This document shows, piece by piece, positions 23,929-35,100 of a stretch of DNA of 64,000 nucleotides (position 1 is its first letter; every line of letters begins with the position of its first letter). The translations under genes were made by a program, and so were the position numbers. The stretch comes from Macrostomum hystrix (Eukaryota; Animalia; Platyhelminthes), in contig CATNEN010000037.1 in NCBI GenBank assembly GCA_950097015.1, positions 2,294,001 to 2,358,000 of the forward strand, written 5' to 3'. Under the pieces are notes generated by a model. It saw only the letters and a list, made by a program, of their open reading frames with translations, searched no databases and was not told the DNA's origin.

Positions 23929-26630
23929 ATGGCTAACAACAACAACAACAACAATTCGGACGATGACGACGCCGGCTCCGATGTCGTCGAAGATAACGAC
24001 GAAGTAGACAACAATTACTACGCGGCTAATAATCGGTCCCTATTAGCCAAACTGTCGCCGCCGCCTAGGCCGGTGCCCAGCCTCTACGCGTTGTGCTTCG
24101 CCGAGCTGGCCGACCAGGCCCGGGATCACACCGGCTGGGCCAGCCAGCCCCGCCTGCAGGGCTACTGGCGCCTTGCCGGCCAGGTGTTGGCCCACCTGTG
24201 CGCCAATCAGCCAAGGTCTGTTCGCGGCCGACACCTTCTGGACCTGGCCGGGCCGGGCATTGTCGAGTTGGACTTGGCCGCTTGCTGCCTTCTGTCACCG
24301 GCTGATCTGCGGGCCGCCCTGCCGGCCTGTCGCAGTGTTCGCCGACTGCGCCTAGCCCAGTGCTCCCAGCTGGTGTTGGACAAGCGTCTACTGACTGATC
24401 TGCCACGGTTGGCGCCACGGCTGCGCTGCCTGGAGCTGGACCAGTGCGACAGCCTCACGGGGGCCGCTCTCCGCTGCGTCCTGCTGTCCGGCCGGCGACG
24501 CCTTCGACACCTCTCCGCTGCCGCCTGTCCGCTCGTCTGCGACGCCGCTTTCGCCGGCCTGCCAGCGGACGGCGGACGCCTGCGTCGGGTGAATGTCAGC
24601 GGCACCCAGGTCAGCTGCCTGGGCCTGCGAGATCTGGTTGGCTTCTCTGGCCGATGCCTGCGATCTCTGACTGCCTCGCATCTGGCCGATCTGCGGCTGC
24701 TGTTCGACTGCCTGGCCGAAGCCAACGGCAAGGAGATGGCGGCCGCGAATGACCGGATGAAGCTTCAGGATGCTGGTGAGTGCTGAATGGCCGGGTTTCA
24801 TTCTGTTAGAGATTCGGATTCATCTGTTAGCGATTCGGATTTATCTGTTAGAAATTAGTTTTTTTCGGTTAGAGATTCGGGTTCTTCGGTTGCAGAAAAA
24901 TGTTTTCCTGATCGAGAACCGAGCTTCTCGGTGAAATACGATTGTTTTATGGTCATGAGTCATGATTTTAGTTTTATTTGCCATGACTATTCATTCATTT
25001 TCACCACTCCAGGAAATGCAGACGAGCAGCTGGAGCTGCAGTCGGTCTCCAGCTACTACAGCTGCAACAGCGGAGGCACGGACATAGACTATCAATGCCA
25101 GGAAGGGGAACCGGAAGCAGACAACGATTTTTTTGACAATCTCGACGGAGAAAATTTTGAAGTTGACGACAGCGGCGACAGTGTCGAATATGACGAGGAT
25201 GAAGACGATGACGAACTGGCCGCCAAGTTGGAGCCACTCGGCCTGGCCGAGCTAGACTTGGCCTGCTGCACATCGTGGCCTACGGCGCACGACTCCCTGC
25301 TGCACCTGTGCGGCATGCGAGGCCGCTGGATTCGCTCGCTCAGTCTGGCCAGCGCAGCCGGCATTACTGAAGCCGCTGTATCGGCCGTCTGCCACCTCTG
25401 CCCCGGCCTGATCTGGTTGAGCCTTCGCGGCTGTCGCCTCCAGCTGGCCGGCCTGACCGTGGCGCTCTCCGGTCTCGCCGAGCTCTGCGGCCTCGATCTC
25501 AGCGAACTTCTAGTCACCGAGCCGGCCGACTTCGACTTCCTGAGCCGGCTTACTAAGCTTCGGACTCTGCAACTGGACGGCTGGGAGGATGTCACACCCG
25601 GCGAAGCGCGTCGCCTGCTGGCCTCGCTGACCTCGCTGCCTCAGCTGCGCTGCCTGTCGTTGAACTGGTGCCCGCAGCTGACTCAAGAGGCCTGCAGAGA
25701 CATCGGAGCGAGCCTGGCCGAGCTGCGTCAGTTTGCCTGCCGGTGCAACCTGGCGGACGGTACGGATCTTGAAGCGGTGATAGCCGGCTGCGGCAAGCTG
25801 GAGTCGCTAGATTTGTCCTTCATCAAAGGCACCCGGCTGGTCACAGATCGGCTGCTCTACTGCATAGCTGGCAGTTTGCAGCAGCTGGTTAAACTGGATG
25901 TCAGCTTCAATCCGTGAGTACTGCATCGTTTAAACGCCTAACCGAATAAGCCACGTTAATTTGAGCTCATTTTGAGTCGCAAGAGACGCGTCTTAGTAAG
26001 ACGACATTATCTTGCGTGAAGCTGGAAAAACATGTGAAAAATCCCACCCCACTCCCGCACAGCTTCATCACCGACCGCGGCGTCTCGGCCATTCTCAAAG
26101 CCTGCCCCAGCCTGCAGGAGGCAGATTTTAGCGGCCTGAAACAGATCACCTGCGATCCATTCCTGCCAATCATTCACGATCTGCTCAACTGGCGTCGAAC
26201 CCTGGCCCTGCTGCGACTCCGCCTGGCCGAGCGGGCCGCCAAATGGCGTCGACGGGCGGCCGCTAACGCATCGGCCAATACCGCCGCTTCTGTTTCCATC
26301 TCCGCCCCGGCTGCCGCGCAGCGCTGCCCTGTTGAATTGCCTCCAGACGATGACGAGGCCAACAATGAGTATGACAGCAGCGGCGACGAAGACTTCGAAG
26401 AGCTGGAATTGCCGCGTCGCAGTCGGGTCTACGCGCCAAATCTGCGCACCCTCCGCCTGCTGGTGTCGGACCTCATCAATGACGACTGCATGCGAGAGAT
26501 AGTTGCCGTCTGCCGTGGCTCCCTAGCAGTTTACGGCTATTATGCGGACTCGCTCGAACCGCGCTGGATTACCATCAATCCGGGCCGGCAGCGGGTGCTC
26601 GAGTCCGCTCTGCTCAGTGCGGATGTTTAG
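23929..26630 (+). CDS. Cys-containing (RNI/AMN1/FBXL-like) leucine-rich-repeat protein with N-terminal BC-box-like motif; exons 23929-24775, 25013-25913, 26063-26630
   Basis: Repeated LxxLxLxxC..LT units in all three ORFs (23929, 24931, 26016). Junctions G|GTGAG/TCCAG| (phase 1) and CC|GTGAG/CACAG| (phase 2) join the frames. Motif PSLYALCFAELA lies near the N-terminus. Confidence 0.85.
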
Positions 26631-26764
26631 TCCCACCCGGATGACTAAAGTGTTTGTCTATATTCTCATATTCTGCTTCGCCATCTGTAATTACATTTCT
26701 AGTCGTATTGTCACATAGATCAAGCCCACTGGCAAGGCTTCTAATTGCCTAACGCAAGGACAAC

Positions 26765-27508
26765 TTAATAACTCTTAAGAACTGCTTGAGATGTTCTTGG
26801 CCTCTTTCGCCCAGAACATACAACATAGAAGATGACCTCGTCCTGTAGACGTTCGGCAGTTGAGCGATTGAAATAGCTGAACAGCTTTAAAAGGTCAGTG
26901 GTTTCGATTGGCTCGTATCGCTTCACACTTCCACCTGAAGCCTGAAAGTCCCGGACTTTCATTCGCAGCATACGATTCGCGCTGCCGAACTCAGGCGAGT
27001 CGATAATGTTGATCTCGCGTTTTACAATGTAGTTGAAAAAACGCTGTATCCCAGCCCTGATGCAGACAAGGCTCGATGCAGAATACAGTCCGCCGTCTGG
27101 CTTGGCCAATCGAAAATAGTACAGACGAAGGTACTCATTTAGCTTCTCCTGTTTCACCGTCTGCAGATCATCTAGTTGGTAGCCGAGAGAGTTCATGTAG
27201 TCCGCAAACTTGTGTCCATGTAGGAGCATTTGATCTCGCGTGGTTCTTGGAAGAGACTCCAACTCCATTTTGTCAATTGCACTCATGTCGGTTCTTTCAG
27301 TTGACACGCTCGCACTCTCCGGCAGTTCGGGCAGCTCTACTCCTGCGATGCTGTCGTCATTCTTGCTAAAGTCGGTGATGAACTGGATAAAGCGCTCTAG
27401 TTCTTTATCCTTACTATGGTCTTCACGACTCAATTCGCTTATCACTTCCAGTTGCGTTGTTGACACACCATCAAGGGAGTCAACAGGCAAATGACTCCAG
27501 TTTATCAT
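26765..27508 (-). mobile_element. Crypton-type (DUF3504-associated) tyrosine-recombinase relic, truncated and frameshifted at the start of the catalytic domain
   Basis: LNEYLRLYYFRLAKPDGGLYSASSLVCIRAGIQRFF...IIDSPEFGSANRML...YEPIETTDL resembles the N-terminal region of animal Crypton/DUF3504 proteins as I recall it. In the +1 frame near 26820 the sequence reads VLGERGQEHLKQ, matching the G-x-R-G-x-E-x-L catalytic-Arg motif. Confidence 0.7.
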
Positions 27509-28015
27509 CGTTGTAATCTCAAATTTATAATCAGTAGCGAAGGCACAGACTAGTTAGTCTCTTTCTAGCTTCTTTCTTGTCTCTTTCCACCGAAGGAAAG
27601 GCTTATGAAGGGGAACAACTATACAACGTTGTCTATGGTAAAAAGTAGACATGCATTGCCAATTGTCACACACATTATGAGTGGGCTTGATCAATAGGAC
27701 AATAATATTGTCTGTATGGTTTCATCATAGACAACTAACCATTGTCAGTTTCTGTTTGGTTTGCTTCTATGAAAACTATAGGATTATTGATGATAACATT
27801 CCATTGTATTGTTATGACAGTAGTCCATTTTTGTAAATAAATAGAAGTCTACAAGCAAGATTTTCATTTTTAGTATATAAGAAGACTTCAGTATACTTCA
27901 AGTATTTCTGCGATTAAAAGAAGCGAAAGACTCATTTATAATTGGTTTATTTTTGTTCGCAATAGACCAGTAAACTAACTGAAGCCGCCTCTGTCAATTA
28001 TCTTGGATTTGGCCG

Positions 28016-28927
28016 CTATTCTCCATGCAGCAACTTCGACTGCTGCCGGTTTGTTCGGGAGATTGCCTGAAAATAGCGCGTGGGAATAGTGAATTGTGAA
28101 TAATTATTCTAATTACCCATTAGAAGCCGGTGTACCCAGCAGACCGGGGTGGGTGTACAGGTTGGGTGGGTTTAACTACTGGCTCACACCCTGTCCCAGC
28201 CACCAGACACCCGCTGTCCCACACCCTGTCCCAGCCACCAGTCACCCGCTGTCCCACACCCTGTCCCAGCCACCAGACACCCGCTGTCCCACACCCTGTC
28301 CCAGCCACCAGACACCCGCAGTTTCACACCCAGCCGCACCTGGCCAATCCTAGGCGGGGTGGAGGCCCTGGGCCGCAGCCGGTACTCGATGACCTGGTCA
28401 TAGAAGCGGTCGAGTTTGACAGCATTGGTGGTGCCGGCGCTGAGGGACCGGGTGTGCACGCAGCTGAGGAGGATCTCCGGGCAGCCGATGCGCACCGCCG
28501 CTTCGCCGCCGTTCTGCCGCCTCGCTAGCGCGTCCGGCTTGCAGAGGTCGCTTTTAGCCCCGATGACTAGGACTGGCGGCGAATCGGCGCCCAGACTGCA
28601 CTCGTGCAGCCAGCGGGTCAGGTTCAACTCCGTCTTTCTGTTGGTGAGGTCGTGCACCAATAGGACGCCGTGTACGCCGTGGTAGAACACTGCCCGACTG
28701 TTCTTGTGCATCGGGTAGCCGCCGATGTCCCAAAACTCGAGGAAGAACAACCGCTCGGCCTGGCCGGTCAGCTCGGAGGCGTAGGCGTGCAGGCCGACCT
28801 GCAGGGAGCAGCCGACAGTCCAGGCCGGATTGGTCAGCTCGCTGTGATTGGTCAGCAGGTGTACAAGTGAAGACTTGCCAACGCCGGAGTCGCCAAGCAC
28901 TAAGATTTTTACTCGCAGAGTGTCCTC
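28016..28927 (-). CDS. RABL3: Rab-like protein 3; exons 28927-28340 and 28066-28016; no genomic ATG found
   Basis: EDTLRVKILVLGDSGVGKSSLVHLL...PAWTVGCS...FWDIGG...RAVFY..VHGVLLVHDLTNRK matches RABL3. Donor CAG|GTGCGG at 28340 and acceptor TTTTCAG| at 28067 give the tail AISRTNRQQSKLLHGE*. Confidence 0.93.
28185..28325. repeat. Minisatellite, 35-bp unit, in the RABL3 intron
   Basis: CACACCCTGTCCCAGCCACCAGACACCCGCTGTCC, about 4 copies. Confidence 0.95.
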
Positions 28928-28965
28928 CTGAGGGCCAATTAATTAATTGGCTCAATTAGTACCCC
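28928..28965 (-). promoter_or_regulatory. Unpaired 3' splice acceptor (putative trans-splice site) of RABL3
   Basis: Minus strand TACTAAT (branch-like)...GGCCCTCAG|GAG; phase 0 with the ORF; no upstream ATG-bearing exon seen. Confidence 0.7.
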
Positions 28966-29039
28966 AAGATGGCATCACCTGTTTAATTACCTCAATTACA
29001 GGTCCTATATTGAATTACCTGTTTAATTACCTTAATTAC

Positions 29040-29730
29040 AGTTCCTAGATTGCATCACCTAATTAACTACCCTAACTAAAGGCCCGAGATTGCATCACCT
29101 AATTAACTACCCTAACTACAGATCCTAGATTGCATCACCTGTTTAACTACCCTAACTACAGGTCCTAGATTGCATCACCTGTTTAACTACCCTAACTACA
29201 GGTCCTAGATTGCATCACCTGTTTAACTACCCTAACTACAGGTCCTAGATTGCACCACCTGTTTAACTACCCTAACTAGAGGTCCTAGATTGCACCACCT
29301 GTTTAACTACCCTAACTACAGGTCCTAGATTGCATCACCTGTTTAACTACCCTAACTACAGGTCCTAGATTGCACCACCTGTTTAACTACCCTAACTACA
29401 GGTCCTAGATTGCATCACCTGTTTAACTACCCTAACTACAGGTCCTAGATTGCATCACCTGTTTAACTACCCTAACTACAGGTCCTAGATTGCACCACCT
29501 GTTTAACTACCCTAACTACAGGTCCTAGATTGCATCACCTGTTTAACTACCCTAACTACAGGTCCTAGATTGCACCACCTGTTTAACTACCCTAACTACA
29601 GGTCCTAGATTGCATCACCTGTTTAACTACCCTAACTACAGGTCCTAGATTGCACCACCTGTTTAACTACCCTAACTACAGGTCCTAGATTGCACCACCT
29701 GTTTAAACACCTGAATTAAAGGTCCTAGAT
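29040..29730. repeat. Minisatellite, 40-bp unit GATTGCATCACCTGTTTAACTACCCTAACTACAGGTCCTA
   Basis: Visible array in the TMEM223-RABL3 spacer; degenerate copies continue to ~28970. Confidence 0.98.
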
Positions 29731-29992
29731 TTAATCACTTATTTATCACACATTTTATAGACGTTTTTATAGACGAAAAGTAAAAATAAGGCGAGCCAAA
29801 GCGAAATGCGAAAAATCTTGCTATGGAAGCATAATTTTAATTACATTCCTAATTGAGACAGATTCTATTTCCTAGATTTTTCGATGAAATTGCCTAAATT
29901 GCCTAAATTGCCTAATATATAGCGAAATTCTAAGCATACTACTAGAAGTCTTAGTAGATAATAAGGAAAACGCGCCAGAATAACTGTTTATT

Positions 29993-30947
29993 TCAAAGCG
30001 TTGCTAACGATTGTTCGCGAATTCGTTTGAACAGCGACGCAAATACGACCGGCTGTTTAATAAAATGCGAGTCCTTAGCAACGGCTAGCAACCGAGGCCT
30101 AGCCGACGAATTGCCGACAGTCGGCAGCTGCTGCACCAGCAGGTGGTTATCGTACAGAGGCGCCATGTCAATCCAGCGCAGCTTAGAAGCCGAGCTAATC
30201 CGCAGCTGATCCAGTCTAATCCGGCGCGCGCCGGTCAAGGTGGCCACGGCCAGGTGCTGCCCGCCTGGCTCCAGGACCAATCGGCGAACGATGCGCAACG
30301 GATGCACCGCGGTGAACAGGCCGGAGACAGCGGCGACCACGCCGAACATGCCGCAGATGAGTAGGCTAGCCGGGCTGCCCAGACTGCTGCTAGGCAGGTA
30401 CCTGGCTATCCAGGAAGCTCCGCTCTCTTCGACATCGTCGGCGTTGTTGCCGTCATCGCCAGCTTCTTCATAGTCGCCGGACATCAGGCGACGCCGCAGA
30501 TTGGCCTCCTCCAGGCTGGCAACTGACCAGCTGTGCCGCAGGTGGTCAAACAGATTATAGAGGCTCAGCAGGGCGATCAAGCCGCTGAGGCAGTGTCGCC
30601 AGTACAGCTTTCTAAAGCCGGCCTCGAACACAAGGACCGGCTCAGTCGGCGCTAGCACAGCAGCGTGAGCATCGTCGTCATCGTCGGGGCTCCGATTGCG
30701 ACTGGACGACGGCGTAATTTCTTTGACTCTGCGAAGCCGGCTGGTCGCGCAGTCGACGCGCCAGACGGCCCAGATCACTGCCGCCGCCGCCGCCGCCGCC
30801 GCCACCGCTAACGAAGCATAGCTGATTGATCTGTGATTGGCCGTGAGCCCGTAGCAGCAGTCTGTACATCTGCCGCTCGCTGCAGACTAGGCGGCAGCGG
30901 AGGGTCCGGCTGGCGCCGATGACTGAAGCGGCTGCTACGCTGAAGGG
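29993..30947 (-). CDS. TMEM223: TMEM223-like mitochondrial inner-membrane protein, single exon, one apparent +1 frameshift near 30686-30689
   Basis: VLVFEAGFRKLYW, two hydrophobic segments, PLRIVRRLVLEPGGQHLAVATL and C-terminal DSHF..PVVF resemble TMEM223 (VLLFEH...SLRSVRSVVLRAGGQQVTL, recalled). The Arg/Ser/Ala-rich N-terminus lies in the neighbouring frame (ORF 30678..31049, ATG 30869). AATAAA immediately follows the stop (29992-29987). Confidence 0.72.
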
Positions 30948-31049
30948 CTGGAAACAGGTGGATTGAACAAAAACTATCCTATCAAGGATAACATTAGCAA
31001 TAATATTTGCAGCGTACCTGAAGCCAGGGATCCACAAGCACACACACAC

Positions 31050-31053
31050 GCGG

Positions 31054-31090
<37 letters not shown>

Positions 31091-31410
31091 AGTCTTATTT
31101 GCAGGAGGGCTGCGGGCAACATCATTTTGTGACACTGGACCTGCAGCCAGCGAGGAGGCAATTCTGCCTAGTTCGCTGACTCCTGAGTACACACGCACAC
31201 GCTCACACAGGTGTGTACATCTGCCCTGATGACTTTCTCACCCATCGTCAGGCAGTGAACACTCTCACTATGACTTGGAGGTTGGCCCTTTAAGGGTGTA
31301 AATTGCACGACAAGCCCCCAAGCCTTCTCTCCGCGGCTGCGGCCCAAAATGAATGTGGCCTCGGCGCGGAATTGAGCTCAGGGACCTTGGTGCGAGAGGC
31401 AGACACCCTA
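31050..31410 (-). mobile_element. tRNA-derived SINE copy with (ATT)n tail
   Basis: Same core as the other copies. B-box-like GAGCTCAATTCC near 31370-31381. 3' end CCCTCCTGCAAAT followed by an (ATT)n run at 31053-31095. Confidence 0.85.
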
Positions 31411-32118
31411 TCCCTATGTAAGGTAAAATATAGTTTATGCGATAAGGAAAACAAAGATACACTAGCCAAATTTATTTACGCTATAAAGCGCAGAAAAAAA
31501 CGCGAAAACAGGCTAATGCGATTGATTAAAAGTCACAAAAGTAATAGAAAAACATTGATTTATTACAACAATTGATAGAAAATAAATCATAAAAATATGC
31601 AAACAAGCAAAAATTACTTCTTATAAAAGAGGTCAATGTTAATGAAATTCAGACAAAGATGGTGCGGAGTCCAAAAAATGTTTATAAGAGGCTGGTGTAC
31701 ATTCAAGTAGTTTATGATAGGCAATGAGAGAATGTACATTGAGAGTGAGCTTAGTGTTAACAGGAGGCTGGTGTACATTTAAGAAGGTTGCGATTGACTA
31801 AGAGCGAGTGTACATTAGGGTACTGAGGTTCAGGTTTGTTAAAAGCTGATGTACATTCAAGCAGGTTGTGATTGGCTAGGAGCGATTCTACATCGGGGTA
31901 GCGTGGTTCAGGTTTGTTAGAGGCTGATGTACATTCGAACGGGTCGTGATTGGGTAGGAGAGAATGTACATTGGAAGTGAGCTTTGAGTTTGTGGGAGGC
32001 TGATCTACATCGCGAACTTAGGTACACTAAAGTGCGGTGCTGTGATTAGCTAGGAGCAAGGTACATGTCATGGATTTGCGGAATGTGCCACATCGGCTAA
32101 GCTGCAAGGATTCATTAA

Positions 32119-35100
32119 TTAAGAGTACCTAGTCCTAGGACAGGCGTGATTATACCGCCTAGCGTGATCCGGCTTATTAAACTGAGTCCTGCACTCGCTG
32201 CCCCAGTGACAATTGGGCCTATTGGCTAGTTCGGCTGGCAGGGCATTGGCCTGCAGTTCGCATCGATAGGCCAGGGCCAGCTCGCGCAGGCACGCCAGGC
32301 CGCAGGAGTAACAGACGGGGGTGTCCGGCTGCACCGGCCGGCTGCAGGTCCAGTCGCCGGAGGCTAAACGGACGCAGCACTCGCGCAGGAGGTCGCGGAC
32401 GCCGAGATCGTTAGCCAGAAGGTAGTCGGTCAGAATCTGGGGGTTGGTTGGGGATCAGATTTGAGTCGTTAGAGGATTGTGAGTCGTTAGAGGATTGTGA
32501 GTCGTTAGAGGATTGTGAGTCGTTAGAGAATTGTGAGTCGTTAGAGGATTGTGAGTCGTTAGAGGATTTTGAGTCGTTAGAGGATTGTGAGTCGTTAGAG
32601 GATTTTGAGTCGTTAGAGGATTGTGAGTCGTTAGAGGATTGTGAGTCGTTAGAAGATTGTGAGTCGTTAGAGGATTGTGAGTCGTTAGAGGATTGTGAGT
32701 CGTTAGAGGATTGTGAGTCGTTAGAGAATTGTGAGTCGTTTAATGATTGTGAGCCGCGAGAGGATTGTGAGTTCTTTGAGGCCCATGAGTCGTTAGAGGA
32801 TTGAGTAGTCAAAATAATTGTAAAGAAAACGTACTTTCGCACCTTGGACTCAACCTGGTTGCCATTGACAACGTCCTCCAATACGCGCCGACCGAAGGTG
32901 AAGTCTTCGAATTCGGCTAGGCAGCCCAGGCAGCCGGGCCGGCGGCAGCCCCAGTAGGCGTGGCAGAAGAAGCGCTGGCAGAGGCCGCACTGGAAGCGCC
33001 GGTTCTCAGGCGGGCACGCTTGATCAGCCCGACGATCCGGGAAGGCCTGCCAGCAGCACTGGCACAGCAGGTGGGCCTGGTTGTCCGGACAGCTGGGAAG
33101 AAACGGGGGGTGAAGCGAAATACGGACTGGAAGGAGACTAAAGACCTGGACTGCACGACAGTAAGAACATAGGATGAGGACAGGCTGATGACAGGATGAG
33201 GACAGGCTGATGACAGGATGAGGACAGGCTGAGGACAGGCTGATGACAGGATGAGGACAGGCTGAGGACAGGCTGATGACAGGATGAGGACAGGATGAGG
33301 ACAGGCTGATGACAGGATGAGGACAGGCTGAGGACAGGCTGATGACAGGATGAGGACAGGCTGAGGACAGGCTGATGACAGGATGAGGACAGGCTGAGGA
33401 CAGGATGAGGACAGGATGATGACAGGATGAGGACAGGCTGATGACAGGATGAGGACAGGCTGAGGACAGGATGAGGACAGGATGAGGACAGGCTGATGAC
33501 AGGATGAGGACAGGCTGAGGACAGGCTGAGGACAGGCTGATGACAGGATGAGGACAGGCTGAGGACAGGCTGATGACAGGATGAGGACAGGATGATGACA
33601 GGATGAGGACAGGCTGAGGACAGGCTGATGACAGGATGAGGACAGGCTGAGGACAGGCTGATGACAGGCTGATGACAGGATGAGGACAGGCTGAGGACAG
33701 GCTGATGACAGGATGAGGACAGGCTGATGACAGGATGAGGACAGGCTGAGGACAGGATGAGGACAGGCTGAGGACAGGCTGATGACAGGATGAGGACAGG
33801 ATGAGGACAGGCTGAGGACAGGCTGATGACAGGATGAGGACAGGCTGATGACAGGATGAGGACAGGCTGAGGACAGGCTGATGACAGGATAAGGGCAGTA
33901 TAAGGGCAGAGAAGGACATATTAAGGAAATGATCAGGACAGGATAAGGATAGGTTAAAAACAGAACAAACAGGATAGTAGAGGCCACTCACACGTGAGCA
34001 ACTTGCAGGGGCTCCCAGCGCAGATCGTCAAAGTGCGGACAGCCATCTGGCTGCTGCTGCTGTTGCTGATGAGGCGCCGGCGGCTGCGGCCGAGCAGCCT
34101 GGTAGCCGGGGCACTGTCTGCAGACATGTCGCAGATGTGGCGGCGTCGCGATTCGATGCAGGGCGTGCACAGCGAAGGCCTGATTTTGTCCTGCGAATGC
34201 GCCAAAGACGCCAACGTAGCCATGGCCGCCGTGGTCATAATCGTCTTCGTCATCGTCGCCTTCTTCACTGTCATTTCCTTCATCGTATTCATCTTCTGCA
34301 GCCGGCGATTGTCTAACCCTAGCGGCTGGGAAGGCCTCCTCGCGACCAATATTGTTGAGCTTGTCAAGCCTGATGCAGTGAGGCAAGTTATAATTAATTC
34401 GAAACATATCGGCTAGCCATTAGTGCTTCGATACATATAGGTTTTTTACTATTTTGTCGATACATGCAGGTCATTTACCATTATTTCTATAAATATCGAC
34501 TACGAACTTGTATTTTGTTATGTATCGGCAAGAATATTTTGATATTTTTCTATACATATCGGCTAGGTAATATTTTTCGATACATATCGGCTAGGTAATA
34601 TTATTTCGATACATATCGGTTAGTTACATAAGTTAGTTCGATACGAAATACATAACTCTCTTTTCTCACCTGTCCAGTTCGTCCTTTGGCCGGCGCCGAT
34701 CCGGATGAAGCGCTAAAAACGCCTCAGCTAGATTAGTTACCAGGGCATTTTTAGTGACCCGGTCAGGTCGGACGCGGCACTGCGGGCAGACCGGATTAGT
34801 CCGGCGCCATTCGCTGTAGCAGCCGGCGCAGTAGCCGTGCAGGCAGGGAATCAGGGTGACGCAGTCGTGAAAGATTTCGCAGCAGATCGAACAGTTCAGA
34901 TTGGCCTCGATGGGGTCTAGTGCGGCTGCTGCAGCAGTTGAGGAAGAGGCAGCGACGTCCGGCTTGTTGACAGTGCTGACAGTTCCGGAGACAGCGACTT
35001 CTGGCGAGCTCTCAATCAATGGAGCTGCAAAATGACAAGTTTGCCAGAATTTGAAATTATATAAATATTTACTACTTGAAACCCACAAGCCTACTATTAG

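Noticed and set aside
24043-25595. Antisense and alternate-frame ORFs over GC-rich exons (also within E78, RABL3, CHFR, TAF7, TOP3B)
   Set aside because: Expected shadow ORFs of high-GC coding sequence with no independent evidence.
32411-33991. 526-aa ORF
   Set aside because: A chimera of CHFR exon 4 with two minisatellite-filled introns that happen to be stop-free; proper GT-AG sites excise them, and intron 4 (406 nt) is not a multiple of 3.
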